64,000 bases of DNA from Rhodothermales bacterium (GTDB lineage Bacteria; Bacteroidota; Rhodothermia; Rhodothermales; JANQRZ01): the NCBI GenBank assembly GCA_965215145.1, contig OZ244038.1, positions 1,340,579 to 1,404,578 on the forward strand, written 5' to 3'. The position numbers and the translations under genes were made by a program. The notes below the pieces were generated by a model, which worked only from the letters and a program-made list of their open reading frames with translations, was not told where the DNA came from and searched no databases. Numbering within the stretch: position 1 is the first letter of the stretch; each line of letters starts with the position of its first letter. Of the stretch, positions 60,142 to 64,000 are shown piece after piece.

Positions 60142-60246
60142 GATCCCCGATCCCCGATCCCCGATCCCCGATCCCCGATCCCCGATCCCCGATCCCCGAT
60201 CCCCGATCCCCGATCCCCGATCCCCGATCCCCGATCCCCGATCCCC
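60142..60246. repeat. Perfect heptanucleotide microsatellite (GATCCCC) x 15
   Basis: 105 nt of uninterrupted GATCCCC units ending 3 nt before the hprK ATG (60250). They contain 15 GATC sites spaced 7 nt apart. Confidence 0.98.
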
Positions 60247-60249
60247 AGC

Positions 60250-61320
60250 ATGGACCAGCCCAAGCCGTACCGGAAGGAAGCCATCTCGGTCGCGTTCATG
60301 GTCGCGCAGCTCCGCGAGCGCGTCGGCGTCGAGGTCGAGGACGTGAACGCGGGCGAGGCCGGCGTCGAGCCGGCGGGCCGCGCCGTGACCGACAGCGCGC
60401 TCCACCGCCCCGGCCTCGCGCTCGCCGGCTACACCGAGCTCTTCACGCACCAGCGCGTCCAGGTGCTCGGTAACACCGAGACCCAGTACCTCGAGCACCT
60501 CGACGCGGGCGGGCGGCGCACGGCCTTCGAGCACCTCGCCCAGTTCGACGTGCCGTGCCTGGTCCTGACCGAGAGCAACCGCCTCGCCCCCGACCTCGTC
60601 GCGCTGGCGACGGAGCGGGGCATCCCCGTCTACTACACCCCGGAGCCCTCGACGGACTTCATGTACCACCTCCGGGACTTCCTGGAGGACCAGTTCGCCT
60701 TCCAGCAGACGCTCCACGCCTCGCTCGTGGACGTCTACGGCATCGGGCTGCTGCTGGTCGGCAAGAGCGGGATCGGGAAGAGCGAGGTCGCCCTCGACCT
60801 CGTCGAGCGCGGCCACCGCCTCGTGGCCGACGACGTGGTGGTCGTGACGAAGAAGGGGGGCGGCGTCCTGATGGGCTCCGGGACCGAGCTCACCCAGCAC
60901 ATGATGGAGATCCGCGGGCTCGGCATCGTCGACGTCCGGGCGATGTTCGGGATCCGCGCCATCCGGTTCCAGAAGCGCGTCGAGGTCGTCGTCCAGATGG
61001 AGGTGTGGGACCCCGACCGGGAGTACACCCGGCTCGGGATGGTGGATGAGCATCGCGGCGTGCTCGGCGTCGAGCTCCCGCTGGTGAAGCTGCCCATCGT
61101 GCCGGGCAAGAACGTGACGGTGATCTGCGAGGTGATCGCGATGAACCACCTCCTCCGGCACTACGGCTACGACCCCGCGCAGGTCCTCGCCGAGCGGCTC
61201 GCCGAGCAGATCCAGGCCAAGAGCGCGGCGACGCTGGAGGCCCCGGCCGACGCGCCGGGCGCGGGCCGGGCCGGCCGCCCCCGCCGCAGCACGGAGTACT
61301 TCGAGCACGACGTGGAGTAG
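60250..61320 (+). CDS. hprK: HPr kinase/phosphorylase
   Basis: ..HRPGLALAGY.. ..LHASLVDVYGIGLLLVGKSGIGKSEVALDLVERGHRLVADDVV.. ..EIRGLGIVDV.. Canonical P-loop and K3 signature, plus a basic/acidic C-terminal tail. Confidence 0.88.
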   Translation: MDQPKPYRKEAISVAFMVAQLRERVGVEVEDVNAGEAGVEPAGRAVTDSALHRPGLALAGYTELFTHQRVQVLGNTETQYLEHLDAGGRRTAFEHLAQFDVPCLVLTESNRLAPDLVALATERGIPVYYTPEPSTDFMYHLRDFLEDQFAFQQTLHASLVDVYGIGLLLVGKSGIGKSEVALDLVERGHRLVADDVVVVTKKGGGVLMGSGTELTQHMMEIRGLGIVDVRAMFGIRAIRFQKRVEVVVQMEVWDPDREYTRLGMVDEHRGVLGVELPLVKLPIVPGKNVTVICEVIAMNHLLRHYGYDPAQVLAERLAEQIQAKSAATLEAPADAPGAGRAGRPRRSTEYFEHDVE

Positions 61321-61416
61321 GGGGCGCCGGCCGGGGGGACCCACCGCGGCGTCTCGAAATGGGAACGCAGAGCGGCGCCGGCGGGGAGAAAGATTCCGGA
61401 AGGGGGTGCCACACCG

Positions 61417-61445
61417 TTGACATTCCCACCCGTGCCGGATATATT
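61417..61445 (+). promoter_or_regulatory. Near-consensus sigma-70-type promoter in a 454-nt gene-free gap
   Basis: TTGACA (61417-61422), 17-nt spacer, TATATT (61440-61445). It lies 330 nt upstream of the M23 peptidase ATG and about 100 nt downstream of the hprK stop. Confidence 0.5.
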
Positions 61446-61517
61446 CCTCGCGCGCGGGTTCCCCCGCGAGAGCGCAGTTGCGAGCCCCCGCCAGGCTCCC
61501 TGCCGCGTTACGGTGAC

Positions 61518-61544
61518 AAAGCCGGGCAGTGATGGCCCGGCTTT
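61518..61544 (+). other. Perfect 10-bp stem hairpin downstream of the candidate promoter
   Basis: AAAGCCGGGC (61518-27), loop AGTGATG, GCCCGGCTTT (61535-44). It could terminate a transcript of roughly 90-100 nt from the 61417-61445 promoter, or be part of a longer leader. Confidence 0.4.
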
Positions 61545-61774
61545 GCCGTAGCCGGTGGCGACGCTTTAGGTGGAAGGTTTGGGAGCCCGATACGGGTTTC
61601 AGGATGGGACCCGTCCCGTCCCGACTTCGATCTCGGGAACCCCCGCCTCTCCATGCGCGGGACGCTCGCGGGCCGCTCGCCGGTGGCCTCCGACCCGCCG
61701 CGTCCCGCGCACGGAGAGCGCATGCGGCCCGCCCCGGCGGCGCCGCTCACCCACCACGCTCGCCCTGCTAATCG

Positions 61775-62749
61775 ATGCCGAAGAACAGCTACTACTTCTA
61801 TGACCACGAGGCCTGCACCTTCCGCGAAGTCGAGCCGCGCCCGCTGAGGGCCGCGCTCCGCGGCGGCGCCTGGCTCGCGCTCGCGCTCGTGCTGGCCGCC
61901 GCCGGCGCCTGGGGCCTCGCCGAGACGCGGACGACGCCGCAGGAGCTCGCGCTCCAGCAGGAGAACCGGACGCTCCAGCAGCAGATCGCCCGGAGCGGCG
62001 AGCGGTTCGAGGCCCTGAGCACCCGGCTCGACGACCTCGCCGACACCGACCGCGACCTCTACCGCACCATCTTCCAGGCTGACCCCATCGCCGACGACGT
62101 GCGGCAGGTCGGCGTCGGTGGCGCGGCCGACGACGACTTCGACCACCTCAGCGCCTCGACGGCCGACCTCCTCCGCGACAACGCCAGCGCGCTCGACAAG
62201 CTGGAGCGGCAGATGAGCCTCCAGCGCGAGAGCTACGACGACCTCCTCGCCCTCGCCCGCGAGCGCGCCGAGGCCATCCCCCAGATGCCCGCCATCCTCC
62301 CCGTCGCGGGCACGCTCACGAGCGGGTTCGGCATGCGGCGCCACCCGATCCTCAAGGTCTACCGGATGCACAAGGGCGTCGACTTCTCCGTCCCCACCGG
62401 CACCCCCGTCTACGCCACCGGCGACGGCGTCGTGCAGCAGGCCGGGAGCTCCTCGGGCTACGGCCTCAACGTCCGCATCCGCCACCCGAAGGCCGACCGG
62501 AGGACGCTCTACGCCCACCTCTCCCGCTTCGCCGAGGGCGTCCGGCCGGGGGCGCGCGTCGAGCGCGGGCAGCTCATCGGCTACAGCGGCAACACCGGCC
62601 TCTCGACGGCCCCCCACCTCCACTACGAGATCCACGAGCTCGGCGGCGCCCCGGTCAACCCGATCTACTCGTTCGCGCCGGGCGTCCGGCCGGCGGAGTA
62701 CCGCGGGCTCGTCGCGGCGGCCGAGAGCGACAACGCGCCGCTCGACTGA
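61775..62749 (+). CDS. M23-family (LytM-type) peptidoglycan metalloendopeptidase
   Basis: N-terminal TM, coiled coil, then ..GFGMRRHPILKVYRMHKGVDFSVPTGTPVYATGDGVV.. ..GNTGLSTAPHLHYEI (HxxxD and HxH motifs). Confidence 0.85.
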   Translation: MPKNSYYFYDHEACTFREVEPRPLRAALRGGAWLALALVLAAAGAWGLAETRTTPQELALQQENRTLQQQIARSGERFEALSTRLDDLADTDRDLYRTIFQADPIADDVRQVGVGGAADDDFDHLSASTADLLRDNASALDKLERQMSLQRESYDDLLALARERAEAIPQMPAILPVAGTLTSGFGMRRHPILKVYRMHKGVDFSVPTGTPVYATGDGVVQQAGSSSGYGLNVRIRHPKADRRTLYAHLSRFAEGVRPGARVERGQLIGYSGNTGLSTAPHLHYEIHELGGAPVNPIYSFAPGVRPAEYRGLVAAAESDNAPLD

Positions 62750-62781
62750 CCGCCCGCTGTAGCGCCTGCGTCTGCACCCTG

Positions 62782-62817
62782 GAGGGAGCGTGTTCGTTCA
62801 CGCTCCCTCTTGGTTTG
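62782..62817 (+). terminator. Rho-independent terminator after the M23 peptidase gene
   Basis: GAGGGAGCGTG (62782-92), loop TTCGTT, CACGCTCCCTC (62799-809), followed by TTGGTTTG. Lies 33 nt after the stop. Confidence 0.7.
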
Positions 62818-62955
62818 CCCTCCCCGTCTGTACCGGGGCCACACTGAATTCGCCCGGGGCGCGTTGCTTTTAGCGGGACCGCGCCGTATCGTGCAGCCCG
62901 AGCCGCCGCGGAGCCCGCGGCGGCCTCCGCCCCTCCCGACCCGCCCCCTCCTCCC

Positions 62956-63177
62956 ATGTTCTGGACGCTGGAACTGGCGGCGTACCTCGAAGACGCCCCC
63001 TGGCCGGCCACCAAAGACGAACTCCTCGACTACGCCGAGCGCACCGGCGCCCCGTCGGAGGTCATGCAGAACCTCGAAGAGATGGAGGACGACGGCGAGC
63101 CCTACGAGAGCATCGAGGAGATCTGGCCGGACTACCCCATGACGAGCGACGACTTCTACTTCGAGGACGACGAGTAG
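62956..63177 (+). CDS. DUF2795-like small acidic protein
   Basis: LAAYLEDAPWPATKDELLDYAERTGAPSEVMQNLEEM.. matches the DUF2795 pattern (x-Y-L-x-x-x-x-(F/Y/W)-P-A-x-K-x-E-L). Acidic tail. Confidence 0.65.
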   Translation: MFWTLELAAYLEDAPWPATKDELLDYAERTGAPSEVMQNLEEMEDDGEPYESIEEIWPDYPMTSDDFYFEDDE

Positions 63178-63203
63178 GGGGTGAGGGATTCCTGAGGCGC
63201 CGA

Positions 63204-64000
63204 GTGCGACCGCTCACCGCGTGGGTCCTGACGGGGCTGCTGCTCGCCGCCAGCGCGCACGCGCAGGACCAGCCCGAGCAGGCAGCCGGCGTGCTGCGCC
63301 TCGCGGACGTGGAGGTCCGGGGGGAGCTCGGGCCGTTCGAGCGCGTCGAGCTGGAGGAGCTGCTGCGGACCCGCTCGGACCGCCGCCTCCTCGGCATCCC
63401 CGGCGTGACGCCGGGGCGGTGGATCTACGAGTTGGGCTCGGAGCGGAGCGCCGTCGGGCGCGCGCTGCGGCGGGCCGGTGAGCCCCCGGCCCTGTACGAC
63501 CCCGCTCTCGTCGCCGCCGACCGGGAGCGGCTGGAGGGGCTCTACCGGCAGGCCGGCTTCCTCACCCCCGAGGTGACGGCGACGGCGGACGCCCTGCGCG
63601 GGGAGCGGGTCCGCGTCGTCTTCCGGGTCGCGCCCGGTCCGGCCTCGGTGCTGCGGCGGGTGCGCTACGACGGGCTCGGCGCGCTGACGCCGGACGAGCG
63701 CCGCCGGATCGCCCGCCGCTCGGCCCTCGCGCTCGACCTGCCGCCCGCGCCCGACAGCCTCGCCGCGCTCACCTTCCGCGCCCGCCCCGGCCAGCGGCTC
63801 GCCGAGGCCGCGCTGCTGGAGGAGCGCCGCCGCCTCCTCGCCGACCTCCGCGACCTCGGCTTCGCCCGCGTCACCCGCGACTCGATCCGCGCCGTGGCCT
63901 TCCCCGGTGACACCCTCGCGGACGGGCGGCCCCTCTTCGAGGCGGCCTTCGAGGTCAGCCCCGGCCCCCGGTTCGCCTTCGGCGACGTGCGGTTCGTGGT
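63204..64000 (+). CDS. POTRA-domain outer-membrane assembly protein (BamA/TamA family), 5' part; continues past window
   Basis: Not in the ORF track because it has no stop. The frame from GTG 63204 is open to nt 64000 (checked codon by codon for the first 350 nt). VRPLTAWVLTGLLLAASAHAQ signal, then POTRA-like ..LYDPALVAADRERLEGLYRQAGFLTPEVTATAD..VRVVFRVAPGP... Confidence 0.55.
   Translation, partial: MRPLTAWVLTGLLLAASAHAQDQPEQAAGVLRLADVEVRGELGPFERVELEELLRTRSDRRLLGIPGVTPGRWIYELGSERSAVGRALRRAGEPPALYDPALVAADRERLEGLYRQAGFLTPEVTATADALRGERVRVVFRVAPGPASVLRRVRYDGLGALTPDERRRIARRSALALDLPPAPDSLAALTFRARPGQRLAEAALLEERRRLLADLRDLGFARVTRDSIRAVAFPGDTLADGRPLFEAAFEVSPGPRFAFGDVRFV

Noticed and set aside
61321-61774. 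Identification of the spacer as a c-di-AMP (ydaO-type) riboswitch
   Set aside because: I noticed GGGGGGACCCA (61334-61344) and GUCCCGUCCCGAC / CGGGAACCCCC segments reminiscent of conserved ydaO blocks. However, their order and spacing do not fit what I recall, and the first block lies upstream of the candidate promoter. It is left as an unassigned candidate RNA pending cmscan.

Overview
Very GC-rich chromosomal segment of a diderm bacterium (46/60 G+C in line 40381-40440). It holds about 55 tightly packed protein-coding genes. I recognise no rRNA, tRNA, CRISPR array, transposase or integrase. Three proteins end in type IX secretion (T9SS) C-terminal sorting domains. Together with a short GlgA-like + DUF4270 pair, LptD-like/LptFG/BamA-like outer-membrane (OM) biogenesis genes, hprK and eno-ftsB, this suggests a Bacteroidota/Rhodothermota-like organism. 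That assignment is inference from remembered family features; no search was run. Housekeeping genes include a partial fabI-like gene, sucC, eno, ftsB, gluQ, hprK, a ROK kinase, a CNT nucleoside transporter and M1 and M23 peptidases. Main points of interest: (1) A 10.5-kb, 12-gene same-strand envelope cluster (7891-18347) combines two YceI proteins, a porin-like OM protein (OMP), a pseudo-receiver OmpR-type regulator, an Asp23/AmaP/DUF2273 module in the Firmicute gene order, a lipoprotein, an 865-aa multi-barrel/coiled-coil OMP and an OmpA-domain protein. (2) A 7-kb block (about 34.15-41.19 kb) of three T9SS cargo genes is bracketed by a decayed duplicate of the lptF/G 3' end. It has lower-GC patches (31/60 G+C in line 38461-38520) and gene-conversion tracts between two FG-GAP paralogues. 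(3) An 1839-aa soluble hybrid kinase carries seven 276-bp tandem HAMP-type units. (4) A perfect (GATCCCC)x15 array abuts the hprK start codon. (5) A 454-nt gene-free gap carries a near-consensus TTGACA-N17-TATATT promoter, so it may encode an sRNA or a structured leader. (6) Several palindromic intergenic element types, C-rich CCUCC-containing leaders and a forced CTG start are also present. Long ORFs antisense to recognised genes are treated as GC artefacts. Start codons were chosen by eye from signal peptides and conserved N-termini, so 5' ends may be off by tens of nt.
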